DNA of 64,000 bases from Natrialbaceae archaeon Tc-Br11_E2g14 (GTDB taxonomy: Archaea; Halobacteriota; Halobacteria; Halobacteriales; Natrialbaceae): NCBI GenBank assembly GCA_001564275.1, contig LKND01000004.1, positions 2,419 to 66,418 of the forward strand. The letters are read 5' to 3'. The position numbers were made by a program, and so were the translations under genes. The notes under the pieces are model-generated. The model was given only the letters and a program-made list of their open reading frames with translations, searched no databases and had not been told where the DNA came from. Below, in pieces: positions 48,884-59,641 of this stretch. Position 1 is the first letter of the stretch. Each line of letters starts with the position of its first letter.

Positions 48884-50739
48884 TGGCACCGAACCTCGCC
48901 ACGCTCTGGGGACGAACACTCGTCGACGAACTGGCCGCCGGGGGGCTCGGGGCCGTCTGTATCGCCCCCGGCAGCCGATCGACACCCCTGACCGTGGCCT
49001 TCGCCGCGCATCCCGACATCGAGGTGTACAGCCACCTCGACGAGCGCTCGGCGGCCTTCTTTGCCGTGGGCCGCGCCAGACGAACGGGGGAACCGACAGC
49101 CCTGGTCTGTACGTCGGGGACGGCAGCCGCGAACTTCCACCCGGCGGTGATCGAGGCGAACCAGGCCCGAGTGCCGCTACTCGTGTTGACCGCCGATCGA
49201 CCGCCAGAACTCCGTGACAGCGGCGCGAATCAGACCGTCGACCAGGTGAAGCTGTACGGTGGCAGCGTCCGCTGGTACGGGGAACTGCCACTCCCGGAGG
49301 CCAACGAGCGTGCACTCCGACGGGTCAGAGCGATGGCGGCCCGCGCGCTGGCCACGACGACGGGCACGCCTGCGGGTCCGGTACACGTGAACTGCCCGTT
49401 CAGAAAGCCCCTCGAGCCGACACCGGTCGAGGGTGCCGTCCCGGCGTCGCTTGCGGAGAGTCTCGCGGGAACCGGTCGCGACGGTCCGTTCGTCCACACC
49501 GCCCGTGGGCGGGTGGGCCTCGAAGACGCTACTGCAACGGGACGGATCGCCGGAGCGCTGGCGTCGGCCGACCGTCCGTTGATCGTTGCCGGCCCGGCGG
49601 ACCCGCCAGTTCGGCGGCTCGAGTCCGACCTGGTGATGGCTGTCGCGTCGGCGTCCGAGGCACCGATCTTCGCGGACCCTCTGTCGGGACTTCGCTTCGG
49701 TTCCCACCTCGAGCCTCGAGGGGGGACCAGTTCTGGGGCCACCGCCGACGGCGACTTCGCGGTCACCACCGACACCGTCCCACTCGTCTGTGGCGGCTAC
49801 GATTCCTACGCCGACACGCTGCAGGATCCGGACGTCGTCATCCGGTTCGGCGCCTCACCCACCTCGAAACGACTCCGTCACTGGCTTCGCGACGCCGACT
49901 GTCGACAGTTCCTGATCGACCCAGCGGGCGAGTGGCGAGAGGCCACCTTCACGGCGACGGACCTGATCGCGGCGGAGCCACAGTCGGTGCTCGAGGGTGT
50001 CCTACAGCGTGTCGAGTCGGACGGGTCGGCACGCGTGGCGGACGATGGCAGTACCGAGAGTACCGCCACCACCGAGTGGCTCGAGACGGTTGCAGCTGCT
50101 GAGTCGACCCATTGGTCGATAACCGACCAGGCACTCGAGGGGGCGAACGACGCGCTCGAGGGCGGGGCCCTCGCGACCGTCTTCGACCGGATTCCCGACC
50201 CTGCAACGGTGTTCGTCTCCAACAGCATGCCGATCAGGGACGCTGACCGTTTCGCCAGACCGCGGCCAATCGAGGCGACCGTCCTCGCGAACCGCGGGGC
50301 GAGCGGCATCGACGGCATCACCAGCACCGCGCTCGGGGCCGGGAGCGCCACTGACGATCCGCTCGTGTGCGTCACGGGGGACCTCGCGTTCTACCACGAT
50401 TCGAACGGCCTCCTCGCCCTCGAGCGCTGTGACGTCGACGCCACCATCGTCCTGCTCGACAACGACGGCGGCGGCATCTTTCACCTGCTCCCGATCGAGT
50501 CGTTCGACCCGCCCTTCACCGACCAGTTCAAAACGCCCCACGGCCTCGAGTTCGACGCCCTCGAGGACTGCTACGGATTCGAGTTCAGGGCCGTTGATCC
50601 GGGCGGGTTTGGGACGGCGTTCGACCGCTCGCTCGAGGAACCGGGTACGCAGGTCCTCTCGGTGTCGTTCGACGCGGCAGCGAGTCACCGAAAACGCGAG
50701 GCACTCGAGGAACGGGTCCGCACGGCGATTCGAGAGTGA
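48880..50739 (+). CDS. menD: SEPHCHC synthase
   Basis: PGSRSTPL, DERSAAF, TSGTA, NRGASGIDG, GDLAFYHD and NDGGGIF. Confidence 0.95.
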   Translation: MMAPNLATLWGRTLVDELAAGGLGAVCIAPGSRSTPLTVAFAAHPDIEVYSHLDERSAAFFAVGRARRTGEPTALVCTSGTAAANFHPAVIEANQARVPLLVLTADRPPELRDSGANQTVDQVKLYGGSVRWYGELPLPEANERALRRVRAMAARALATTTGTPAGPVHVNCPFRKPLEPTPVEGAVPASLAESLAGTGRDGPFVHTARGRVGLEDATATGRIAGALASADRPLIVAGPADPPVRRLESDLVMAVASASEAPIFADPLSGLRFGSHLEPRGGTSSGATADGDFAVTTDTVPLVCGGYDSYADTLQDPDVVIRFGASPTSKRLRHWLRDADCRQFLIDPAGEWREATFTATDLIAAEPQSVLEGVLQRVESDGSARVADDGSTESTATTEWLETVAAAESTHWSITDQALEGANDALEGGALATVFDRIPDPATVFVSNSMPIRDADRFARPRPIEATVLANRGASGIDGITSTALGAGSATDDPLVCVTGDLAFYHDSNGLLALERCDVDATIVLLDNDGGGIFHLLPIESFDPPFTDQFKTPHGLEFDALEDCYGFEFRAVDPGGFGTAFDRSLEEPGTQVLSVSFDAAASHRKREALEERVRTAIRE

Positions 50740-50794
50740 GGGTGAGGGTGTGGCCTGTCGCCAACCGAGGGTCCGCTCGAGGCCACCCGTCAGG

Positions 50795-51787
50795 TCAGGG
50801 CCGCAACACCCACCAGACGGCGATCGCGTAGCCGAAGGGAACCCAGAAGGCCGCCAGTCCGAGGCCCCCCAGGATCGAAAGGGGATCGAGCAGCGGTTCC
50901 CGCCAGAACGCGATCGTCGCGAACCCGCTCCAGGAGCCGAAGGTGGCGAGGGCGATGCGGGGTTTCGTGAGTACGTAGCCCGCCAATACGAGCGTGCAGG
51001 CGGCAACGACGACGTTGACGGGCCAGACGAACGTCGGTGAGAGACTCGCGTAAACGAGTATCGGATACGTGAGCGCGATGGCGGCGACCGTGACGGCCGT
51101 CGAGTGGTCGAGTGACTCGTACTGCGTCGAGAGGTCGACGTTCCCGTCCCAGTCGTGGACGGTGTATCCCGTGTTCTCGCCGTTCGCGGCCGCTGTGGCG
51201 TCGCCCTCGGCGCCACTATCAGGGTCGGCGCTCGAGCGAGGCCCACCAGCACGTCCGTGTCCAGTCGCTTGCCTCGAGTCGGTGGCCGTCCGCGAGTCGG
51301 TCCCGAACCAGTCGGATGCCCGACGCCCGCTTCGCGTTCGAGCGCGTCGACGGGCCCGACGCTGTCTGGCGTGGTGGCTCGAACCGTCGCGCTCACCGTT
51401 GGTGGTGGTCGAGCTCCCAGCTGTGCGCTCGCTGCTGGCCCGACTCGAGTGCGCTCGTCCCGTTGTGGTGCGTCGATGGGATCCGGTGGAATCACGGCTC
51501 GGTTCGGCTGCAGCCCCCGCCGTCGAGCTATCGTTCCCGGCACTCGAGTCACCGAACGACCGCAATCGCTCGTAGGCGTCGTGGCCCAGCCGGTCGTAGC
51601 GGGCGCGTTCGGTCCCGTCGGTGAGGACGTCCTTCGCCGTCGTGACGCGGTCGAACCGCTCGGCTGCGTCGGGCCGGTCGCTCCGATCGGGGTGGACCTC
51701 GAGGACTCGCTCACGGTAGGCGGTGATGATCTCTTCGCGCGTGGCGTCGGTGTCCACGTCCAGGATCTCGTAGTACGTTTCGGCCAT
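50795..51787 (-). CDS. J-domain membrane protein
   Basis: N-terminal J domain with HPD, low-complexity linker and C-terminal TMs. Confidence 0.85.
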   Translation of the reverse strand: MAETYYEILDVDTDATREEIITAYRERVLEVHPDRSDRPDAAERFDRVTTAKDVLTDGTERARYDRLGHDAYERLRSFGDSSAGNDSSTAGAAAEPSRDSTGSHRRTTTGRAHSSRASSERTAGSSTTTNGERDGSSHHARQRRARRRARTRSGRRASDWFGTDSRTATDSRQATGHGRAGGPRSSADPDSGAEGDATAAANGENTGYTVHDWDGNVDLSTQYESLDHSTAVTVAAIALTYPILVYASLSPTFVWPVNVVVAACTLVLAGYVLTKPRIALATFGSWSGFATIAFWREPLLDPLSILGGLGLAAFWVPFGYAIAVWWVLRP

Positions 51788-51898
51788 CGCCTGCCCGTGA
51801 CTTCGAGTCAATTCGCTTAAAAATCAGGGTCGCTCGCCTCGGCGCCCCCGGCTTGCCGATGCGAGGGAACTTTTGTCGCCCGGCAGTGAGGCAGGGAC

Positions 51899-53323
51899 AT
51901 GGACCTCGCACTCGAACACACGCTCGCGCTCACGATGGCTGACGACCGTCTCGGCATCCTCGAGGATGCGACCATCGGCATCGACGACGGCCGGATCGTC
52001 GCCATTGGTCCCTCGAGCCAGTTCGAGGGCACGGCCGACCGTCGGATCGACGCCTCGGGGACCCTGACGACGCCAGGTCTCGTCGATGTCCACACACACC
52101 TGGGGCTCACCATCTGTCGCGGCGGCGCTCAGGACGTCCCCGAAATCGAGTGGATGAACCGTGCGCTCGGTCCGCTCACCGAACACCTCACCGCGGCGGA
52201 TCTCGTTGTCGGGGCCAGGTTGGGTGGCCTCGAGGCCCTCCGCTCTGGGGTCACGACAGTGGGGGAGTACGCCGCGAACGTAGACCGACTCGTCGACGAC
52301 GCCCTCGAGCCTCTGGGCCTCAGGGTCGTCGCCACCGAGACGATCAACGCCGTCGCGGAGTCGACGGACGAGCTGGGCCCCGACGATCCGTACCCCCTCG
52401 ACGAGACGAAGGGGAACGCCGCCCTCGAGCGAAACGAACAGTTGTTCGACGCCTACGACGATCACGAGCGGGTGACGGCCTGTTACGGTCCCCAGGCCCT
52501 CGACATGGTGCCGCCCGATCTCCTCGAGACCATCCGGGACCGCGCGGCAGATCGAGACCGAGATATCCACATGCACGTCGCCCAGGGGGCACGAGAGCGA
52601 CGCCAGATCGAGGCCCGCTACGGAATCGGGGAGACGACGGTGAGCGTGCTCGAGAACCTCGATCTCCTCGAGGACAATCTGCTCGCGGCGCACCTCCACG
52701 ACGCCACCCCGGCCGAGCGTGAGCGCCTCGCCGATGCCGGCGTCCGGATGGCCGCCAACCCGAGTTCGATCGCGGCCATCGACGGAATCACGCCACCACT
52801 CACCGAGTACCGCGAGTTCGGTGGCGTCGCCGGGATCGGCACCGATCAGGCCCCTGGTCCCGGCGGCCACGACTTCCTGCGGGAACTCCGCACGACCAGC
52901 CTGCTCTCGAAGACCGACCGCGAGGATCCGACCGCCTTTCCGGCCTGGCAAGCCCTCCGCGTCGCCACCATCGGTGGCGCGCGAGCGCTCGGCATCGACG
53001 ACCAGGTCGGCTCCCTCGAGGTCGGCAAGCGGGCCGACGTCGTCTGTTTCGACCTCGAGCATCCCTCACTCGCACCGACGGTGTCCGAGCCGTTGCACAC
53101 CGCCGTCCCGAACCTCGTCTACGGGGCGACCGGCGGCCACCTCGAGTGGGCCATCGTCGAGGGCGAGGTGGTCGTCGACGAGGGTGACGTGACGACGGTC
53201 GACGAGGCTCGAGTCCTCGAGGAAGCCCAGGAACGGGCCAAGTCGCTGTTCGAGCGCGTGAGGGCGGATTGGCAGGCGGCCGACTCCGAACTCGTCGGGG
53301 CGGTCGACGATGGGTGGCTGTAG
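51899..53323 (+). CDS. Amidohydrolase (MTA/SAH-deaminase-like)
   Basis: DVHTH, HMHVAQ, AAH and GTDQ metal ligands. Confidence 0.85.
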   Translation: MDLALEHTLALTMADDRLGILEDATIGIDDGRIVAIGPSSQFEGTADRRIDASGTLTTPGLVDVHTHLGLTICRGGAQDVPEIEWMNRALGPLTEHLTAADLVVGARLGGLEALRSGVTTVGEYAANVDRLVDDALEPLGLRVVATETINAVAESTDELGPDDPYPLDETKGNAALERNEQLFDAYDDHERVTACYGPQALDMVPPDLLETIRDRAADRDRDIHMHVAQGARERRQIEARYGIGETTVSVLENLDLLEDNLLAAHLHDATPAERERLADAGVRMAANPSSIAAIDGITPPLTEYREFGGVAGIGTDQAPGPGGHDFLRELRTTSLLSKTDREDPTAFPAWQALRVATIGGARALGIDDQVGSLEVGKRADVVCFDLEHPSLAPTVSEPLHTAVPNLVYGATGGHLEWAIVEGEVVVDEGDVTTVDEARVLEEAQERAKSLFERVRADWQAADSELVGAVDDGWL

Positions 53324-53352
53324 GCTGGAGGCGGGGTATTCCAGCGGACCAG

Positions 53353-54282
53353 TTACGATCGCAGCGCTCTGCAATCCGGGTGCGTGTCCTGATCCTCCCC
53401 TGTGGCCACGCGCTCCCGATGGGCCATCCACTCGGGGTGACGGACCAGGAAGACCACGGGCACGGCCTCGAGGTCGAGGAGTTTCGCGATGGCGAGTCGA
53501 TGCTTTCCGGCGACCAGCAGCAACTCGCCGTCGCGGCCGACGTCGACGGTGATCTCGTTTCGCATGACGTGACGGAACCCGATTTCCGGATCGACACCGA
53601 TGCGTTCGCGTTCGGATCGATAACCCAGCGTTCGAATCTGCTCGTAGAGGGTGTCGAGGTGTCGACACCGCGCCCGGATCTCCGTCATCGTCGTGCACTC
53701 GTGCCAGACGCGCTCGGGCGAGTCCGCCTCGAGCAGTGCCGTCGCCGCCCGTATCAACTCGGTCTCCGACCAGGGAACCGCTCGGTTGAATCGGGCCTCG
53801 AGCGAGCGATAGAGCGTCGAGTCTTCGAACTCGTCGGCGAGAAAGAGCGATGCCGGTGGGCCCTCGTAGGTCGGATCGACCGTCGGCGACGTTCGCCGAT
53901 CCCAGTCACCACCTCGCACCGCGCCGAACAACTCGAGGCGATCCCGGTAGGGTGGGTATTCCCGGCGCGTGTGTCGGCGAATTCGATCGGGGTCGACCCA
54001 CTCGAGCACGAACGGGTCCGGGCCGTGGGGCCAGGCTGCGACGTCGTTCGCGCAGATCCGGCTGTAGTAAGCGCTGGCGATCGCCCAGTGGAGTTGCGGA
54101 TGCACGACCGGGCGTCGGATGGCGAACGCCGTACTCGCCCGAGCAAGCCCCCGAAGTCCCTCGTGAGCGTAGACGGTGTGCGCCCGCTGAAGTGACTCGA
54201 GTCGACGGCCCGTGTCGAAGCTTCCAAACGGATCGGGGCGCCCACGCCGCTCGCGACGGTTGGTGGTGGGGCCACCCGTCAT
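53353..54282 (-). CDS. Hypothetical protein with ParB/Sulfiredoxin-like C-terminal domain
   Basis: ITVDVGRDGELLLVAGKHRLAIAKLL...VPV. Confidence 0.65.
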   Translation of the reverse strand: MTGGPTTNRRERRGRPDPFGSFDTGRRLESLQRAHTVYAHEGLRGLARASTAFAIRRPVVHPQLHWAIASAYYSRICANDVAAWPHGPDPFVLEWVDPDRIRRHTRREYPPYRDRLELFGAVRGGDWDRRTSPTVDPTYEGPPASLFLADEFEDSTLYRSLEARFNRAVPWSETELIRAATALLEADSPERVWHECTTMTEIRARCRHLDTLYEQIRTLGYRSERERIGVDPEIGFRHVMRNEITVDVGRDGELLLVAGKHRLAIAKLLDLEAVPVVFLVRHPEWMAHRERVATGEDQDTHPDCRALRS

Positions 54283-54400
54283 GCGATCACCGTGTTGGGG
54301 CGTGCATTCCGGCGAGGGAGCGGCCGAGTCGCGAGTGCTCGACCCCGGGCAGGTGTTCCTCGGCCCGCCCTACGAGTCCTCGAGATGGGGACACTCGCCG

Positions 54401-55183
54401 TCATGGAAGGTCTGGATGGGGGTGATCGTTCAGTTCACCGCGCCGACCGAGTCGATCACGGTGGGCCATCCAGTCGCCGTGACGCACCAGCACGCAGACG
54501 GGCACGGCCTCGAGGTCGAGCAGTTTCGCGATCGCGAGTCGGTGGCGGCCGTTGACGAACAGTATGGTGCCGTCGCGGCCGACGTCGACGACGATCTCGT
54601 CGGTGACCCGCATGATCGAGCGGACGCCCAGCTCTCGCTGGGTTCGATAGCCGTCGGTTCTAATGGACTCGTAGAGCTCGTCGATTCGTCGACAGCGCTC
54701 GAGGATGGCCGCCTTCGAGTCGAGACTCCGCCAGGACGGGCGGTCGGCGGCTGCCAACTCGAGACAGCGAGTGACGAAGGGGGTCCGCTCCCACGGGACG
54801 CCATCACGAAAGTGGGCCTCGAGGGACTGGAAGAAGACGCTCTCGGTGAACGTCGGGCCGCGGTAGAGATCGTAGCGGTCGCGATACCGATCGTCGGCGA
54901 TCGGGGGGCTCGACCGGCGGTCCCAGTCGCCGTCACGGACCGAGCCGAGATCGGCAACCCTGTTTCGGTACGGTGGATAGGGGCGGCTGGTGAACCGCTC
55001 GATGCGCTCGGGGTCGACCCATCGAAGTGCAAACGGATCCGGTGGATGCGCGTACCCCTCGAAATCGGTCTCGAGGATCAGGCGGTGATACCGGTTGCGG
55101 AGGGCCGCAGGGATCGACACCGGCAGGGCCGTAGCCGCCCGCTCGACCGACTCGAGGGCTCGGAGCGACGTGGTTGTGGCCAT
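54401..55183 (-). CDS. Paralogous ParB/Sulfiredoxin-like protein
   Basis: IVVDVGRDGTILFVNGRHRLAIAKLL; start uncertain (open frame extends to 55363). Confidence 0.65.
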   Translation of the reverse strand: MATTTSLRALESVERAATALPVSIPAALRNRYHRLILETDFEGYAHPPDPFALRWVDPERIERFTSRPYPPYRNRVADLGSVRDGDWDRRSSPPIADDRYRDRYDLYRGPTFTESVFFQSLEAHFRDGVPWERTPFVTRCLELAAADRPSWRSLDSKAAILERCRRIDELYESIRTDGYRTQRELGVRSIMRVTDEIVVDVGRDGTILFVNGRHRLAIAKLLDLEAVPVCVLVRHGDWMAHRDRLGRRGELNDHPHPDLP

Positions 55184-55433
55184 CGTCTCGTGGTGGACGA
55201 CATCGAACGTGGGGAAAACCGATGTGGTCGTTCTCGAGGCGTGATAGGGCGAGCCCCCATCACGGACCCCGACCGTCGACACGGGGGCAGGCTCGGGACA
55301 CGTGTTGGAACAACCGCCACGAGACCGAGACGGTGGAGGAAGGGTGGTGGGGAGTGTGGACACTCGAAGGCACAGAATAGCGCCCAGCGGAGGGCCTCCA
55401 CTGTCCCCGAGTCACCTGAAAGCTGAACGGCCT

Positions 55434-56729
55434 CTACTCGTCACCACGGAGTTTTTTCATGTGATCGATCCGTCGTTGCACGAGTGTCGCCGTGCCGATG
55501 TCGTGGCGCATGTGCAACCCTTCATCGCCCGCGACGGCGAGAGCGTCCTCGGCGATCGTCTCGGCGTCGTCGATGGTGTCGGCCACGCCAACGACCGCGA
55601 ACGAGCGCGAGGTCGTGGTGTAGATGCCGTCCTCCCGCTCGTCCACGCTGGCGTAGTAGAGCAGGGCGTCGCCGGCGCTCTCCTCGTCGACCGCCACCCT
55701 GGCACCCGCGACGGGATCCGTGGGATACCCCTCGGGGACCGCGTACTTGCACACGGTGGCCTGGTCGGCGAAGACTGGGTCGGGCAGTGGATCCCGATTA
55801 CGGGCCGCAGTGAGTACGTCCAGCAAGGGCGTTTCGAGGACGGGAAGGGTGTTCATCGCTTCCGGGTCACCGAAGCGGGCGTTGAACTCGATGACCTTCG
55901 GGCCCTCGGCGGTGAGCATGAATTGGCCGTAGAGGATGCCCTTGTAGTCCTCGAGGGCGTCGACGGTCGCCTCGATGATCTCGACGGCGGCCACGTAGTC
56001 CGCATCGGTCATAAACGGGAGGGCGGTCGAGGCAGCGGAGTAACTCCCCATGCCCCCAGTGTTCGGTCCCTCGTCACCCTCGTAGGCCCGCTTGTGGTCC
56101 TGGATCGCCGGCGCGGTGCGTACGTCGCCGTTCGCGACGAACGCCTGCACGGTGAACTCCTCGCCGATCAGGCGCTCCTCGAGGACGAGGCGATCGTGGT
56201 CTGACTCGCGAATGTACGCCTTCCCCTCCTCGGGGGTGACCTGGTCGCCGATGACCTTGACGCCCTTCCCGCCCGTGAGGCCGGCGGGCTTGATCGCGAG
56301 GTCGCCGTCGTACTCGTCGATGTACGCACAGGCCGCCTCCGGGTCGTCGAACGTCTCGAAGTCCGGGCAGCCCGCGATGTGGTTGTCCCGCATGAACCGA
56401 CGCTGGAACGCCTTGTCAGTCTCGATCCGGGCCTCGGCCTGGTTCGGTCCGAAGGCGTAGATGCCCGCGTGCTCGAGAGCATCGGAGACACCGGCAGCCA
56501 GCGGTGCCTCGGGGCCGACCACCGCGATGGTCGCCTCGACCCGCTCGGCGAAGTCGACGACTGCATCCGGATTGGTCGTCTCGAGCGTCTCGAACTCACT
56601 CGCGAGCCCGGCGATACCCGGATTGCGGTTACCCGCACAGGCGTATACCTCGGCCTCACTCTCTGCCAGCGCTCGAGCAATGGCGTGTTCGCGTCCGCCG
56701 CCCCCGATCAGCAACACGTGTTCGCGCAT
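55434..56729 (-). CDS. purD: Phosphoribosylamine--glycine ligase
   Basis: IGGGGREHA, GPEAPL, KPAGLTGGKGV, GPNTGGMG and EFNARFGDPE. Confidence 0.95.
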   Translation of the reverse strand: MREHVLLIGGGGREHAIARALAESEAEVYACAGNRNPGIAGLASEFETLETTNPDAVVDFAERVEATIAVVGPEAPLAAGVSDALEHAGIYAFGPNQAEARIETDKAFQRRFMRDNHIAGCPDFETFDDPEAACAYIDEYDGDLAIKPAGLTGGKGVKVIGDQVTPEEGKAYIRESDHDRLVLEERLIGEEFTVQAFVANGDVRTAPAIQDHKRAYEGDEGPNTGGMGSYSAASTALPFMTDADYVAAVEIIEATVDALEDYKGILYGQFMLTAEGPKVIEFNARFGDPEAMNTLPVLETPLLDVLTAARNRDPLPDPVFADQATVCKYAVPEGYPTDPVAGARVAVDEESAGDALLYYASVDEREDGIYTTTSRSFAVVGVADTIDDAETIAEDALAVAGDEGLHMRHDIGTATLVQRRIDHMKKLRGDE

Positions 56730-56878
56730 GAACGAATCGGGTACACAGCAACCTGTAAAGGTTGCCCTTTGTCGGGTGCGGGGTATGCACGACTGTGTGG
56801 GTCCCGGCGACTGAATCTCGACACACGCTGTCGGCAAACTGTCCGGGCCACACCGAGATATTTGCCCGCGGCTCCGAA

Positions 56879-59035
56879 ATGACTGGTATGGACACACCGC
56901 CGAAGACCCGCCACGACGGGACGAGTTACGAACGTCACGGTACGCGAATCGAGGACCCCTACCTGTGGCTCGAAGATGCCGAGGGCGAAGGGGATGCCAT
57001 CGACGAGTGGGTCGACGCCCAGAACGAGTACGCGAATTCCTCCCTCGAGTCGATCGACGTCCGGGAACGCCTCGAACCCGAGTTCGAGGCCGTCGCCCGC
57101 GTCACCGACTACGGATCCGTGATCGCCCGGCCGTCGGGTTACTTCCAGGAGATCGACCGGCCCGAAGACGAGCAGGCGGTGTTGACCCATCGCGACTCGC
57201 TCCAGGACGAACGCGAGGTGCTCGTCGATCCAAACGAGTGGAGCGAGGACGCCACCGTGGCGATGGGCTGGTGGTCCCTCTCGCCCGCGGGCGACCGCCT
57301 CGCGTATGGCGTCGACGAGGGCGGGGACGAACAGTACGACGTGACGGTCATCGAGGTCGACTCCGGTGCGGTGGTCGACGAACTCGAGGACCTCGGCCGA
57401 TGTCACAGCGTCGCCTGGGCACCGAACGGCCTCTACTATTATCGAACCGGCAGCGCGGACGATGGTGGCCAACTCGAGAAGTCGATCCACTACCACGAGT
57501 TCGGCACCGACACGGCCGACGACGAGGAACTGCGCACGATCGAGGACGCCTCGACGTGGCCGCAGCTGCAGACCGATCGGGATCAGCGACACCTGATCGT
57601 CACCCTGGTGAGCGCCTGGGAACGAAGCGAGGTGTTCCACGCGCCCGTCGATCCGGCTGGTGGCCACGACCTGTCGCCCGTGCTCGAGGGGACCGAGCAT
57701 CTCTTCGTGCCGACGATCCACGACGAGACGGTCTACCTCCGCACCAACCACGACGCCCAGAACTACCGCCTGACCGCGTTCGACCTCGGGCCAGTCGCCG
57801 GCCCGATCGAGCCCGACGAACTTCGCGACGTGATCCCCGAACGCGAGGGAATCCTCAAGGACACGACCGTCGTCGGTAGTGGGGGCCCTGGCGTGGGGCC
57901 GACGGCTACCGACGCCCTCGTCTGTCGGTACGAATCGGCGGCCGTCTCGAGTCTCGAAGCGTTCGATCTCCAGGGTGAGCACCTGACGACGGTCGATCTG
58001 CCGAGCCTTGGCACCGTGACAGGACTCTCGGGGAACCGCGACGCACCCGAACTGTTCTTCGGGTACGAATCGTTCGATCAGCCCCCAGCGGTCTATCGGA
58101 CCGCCCTCGTGGACGACGGCAGTACTGGAGACGGGGCGCGTGGGGCCAGCGACGCCGATGCGACGATCGCTGGCCCGACTCCCGAGGAACTCGATCGCCC
58201 TGCTCTCGAGGTTGACGTCCCCCTGACCGTCGAGCAGGTGTGGTACGAATCGAGTAACGACGTCGAGGTGCCGATGTTCGTCGTCCACCGAGCGGGACTC
58301 GACCTCGATAGTGACAATCCCGCCCTGCTGTACGGCTACGGCGGCTTCGAAATCAGCCAGACACCGTCGTTCAACCGCTTCGCGCAGCCGTTCCTCCGTG
58401 CGGGCGGTGTCTACGCCGTCGGCAACTTTCGCGGCGGTGGCGAGTTCGGCAAGGAGTGGCACCGCGCCGCTCGGCACGACCGTAAGCAACACACCTTCGA
58501 CGACGCGATCAACGCCGCCGAGTGCCTGATCGAGGAGGGGTACACCTCCAGCGACAGGCTGGCGATTCGGGGTGGTTCCAACGGGGGACTCACGGTCGGC
58601 GCGGTCCTGACGCAGCGACCCGACCTCGTGCGGGCGGTGTGCTGTCAGGTGCCGTTACTCGACATGCTTCGGTTCCACACGTTCCTGCTCGGGGAGTCCT
58701 GGACCACCGAGTACGGCTCACCCGAAGACCCCGACGCGTTCGAGTGGATCCTCGAGTATTCGCCGTATCACAACGTGAGCGAAGCGGCCTACCCGGCGGT
58801 GCTGTTCAAGACTGCCGAAGGGGATACGCGGGTCCACCCGGTCCACGCCTGGAAGATGGCTGCGCGATTGCAAGCCCATACCGAGAGCGAGCACCCGATC
58901 CTGTGTAAGACCCAGCGCGACACGGGCCACGGGACGGGGAAGCCCACCTGGATGATCGTCGAGGAGGCCCTCGACGTCTGGTCGTTCCTGTTCGAAGAAC
59001 TGGGCGTCGAGTACGTCGAGGACAGCAGTCGGTGA
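56879..59035 (+). CDS. Prolyl oligopeptidase (S9A)
   Basis: EDPYLWLE, YGYGGF, GGSNGG (Ser), DTRV (Asp) and GHG (His). Confidence 0.92.
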   Translation: MTGMDTPPKTRHDGTSYERHGTRIEDPYLWLEDAEGEGDAIDEWVDAQNEYANSSLESIDVRERLEPEFEAVARVTDYGSVIARPSGYFQEIDRPEDEQAVLTHRDSLQDEREVLVDPNEWSEDATVAMGWWSLSPAGDRLAYGVDEGGDEQYDVTVIEVDSGAVVDELEDLGRCHSVAWAPNGLYYYRTGSADDGGQLEKSIHYHEFGTDTADDEELRTIEDASTWPQLQTDRDQRHLIVTLVSAWERSEVFHAPVDPAGGHDLSPVLEGTEHLFVPTIHDETVYLRTNHDAQNYRLTAFDLGPVAGPIEPDELRDVIPEREGILKDTTVVGSGGPGVGPTATDALVCRYESAAVSSLEAFDLQGEHLTTVDLPSLGTVTGLSGNRDAPELFFGYESFDQPPAVYRTALVDDGSTGDGARGASDADATIAGPTPEELDRPALEVDVPLTVEQVWYESSNDVEVPMFVVHRAGLDLDSDNPALLYGYGGFEISQTPSFNRFAQPFLRAGGVYAVGNFRGGGEFGKEWHRAARHDRKQHTFDDAINAAECLIEEGYTSSDRLAIRGGSNGGLTVGAVLTQRPDLVRAVCCQVPLLDMLRFHTFLLGESWTTEYGSPEDPDAFEWILEYSPYHNVSEAAYPAVLFKTAEGDTRVHPVHAWKMAARLQAHTESEHPILCKTQRDTGHGTGKPTWMIVEEALDVWSFLFEELGVEYVEDSSR

Positions 59036-59205
59036 CCGCCAGTTCGGTCACCACCGACCGCATTACCGTGGTGGTCAGATAGCAATACGAGGGGGGTCGG
59101 GCGATTGGCTCGGTGTGATGGTCACGCCGTTCCGCGCCGGATGTTGTTTTGATGATCCGCGTGAAACGCAGCATCCTTCTTCACTCTACAGCCCCACACC
59201 ATGGT

Positions 59206-59521
59206 ATGGAGTACGGCATCGGGGCCGACGAACCGGTGAGCGGGGCCGTGGTCCGAGCGGTAAGCGCCGTCGAGGGTCGCGAACCGCTGTCTCTCCCCCC
59301 GCTGGGGAACGTGCTCGATACGGACGCGTTGGACGCACTGTTCGCCGACCGATCTAACGGCACGCCACGAACCGGCGGCCGGATATCGTTCGTCTACAGC
59401 AACTGTCGACTCACGGTCGACAACGGGGAGTATCACGCTGACACTCCTCGAGTTCCCGCACCGCGAGGTGCCTACTCGAGCCGTCCACAGGGAACGACCA
59501 CGGGAGGAATCGTCACGCTGA
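59206..59521 (+). pseudogene. HalOD1 output-domain gene with apparent frameshift near 59433
   Basis: MEYGIGADEPVSGAVVRAVSAVEG...DALDALF...RISFVY...TVDNGEY; the expected LTL tail continues in another frame. Confidence 0.6.
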
Positions 59522-59641
59522 CAGCCGCTCATAGGATTTGCTGTAGCTTTTCACCGGGAACGGGCGAGCTTTCGCCTCGCTACCGCTGTAATTGCCGATC
59601 TGGCATGGGCAATCATCGGGAAGAGCCGACAGGAAACCGTC

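Noticed and set aside
1827-57879. Many long antisense or alternate-frame ORFs in the track (e.g. 9210-10373, 15093-16262, 37018-38205, 51824-53062, 56708-58492)
   Set aside because: Shadows of real genes in high-GC DNA; Arg/Pro/Ser-rich or antisense codon pattern, with no motifs.
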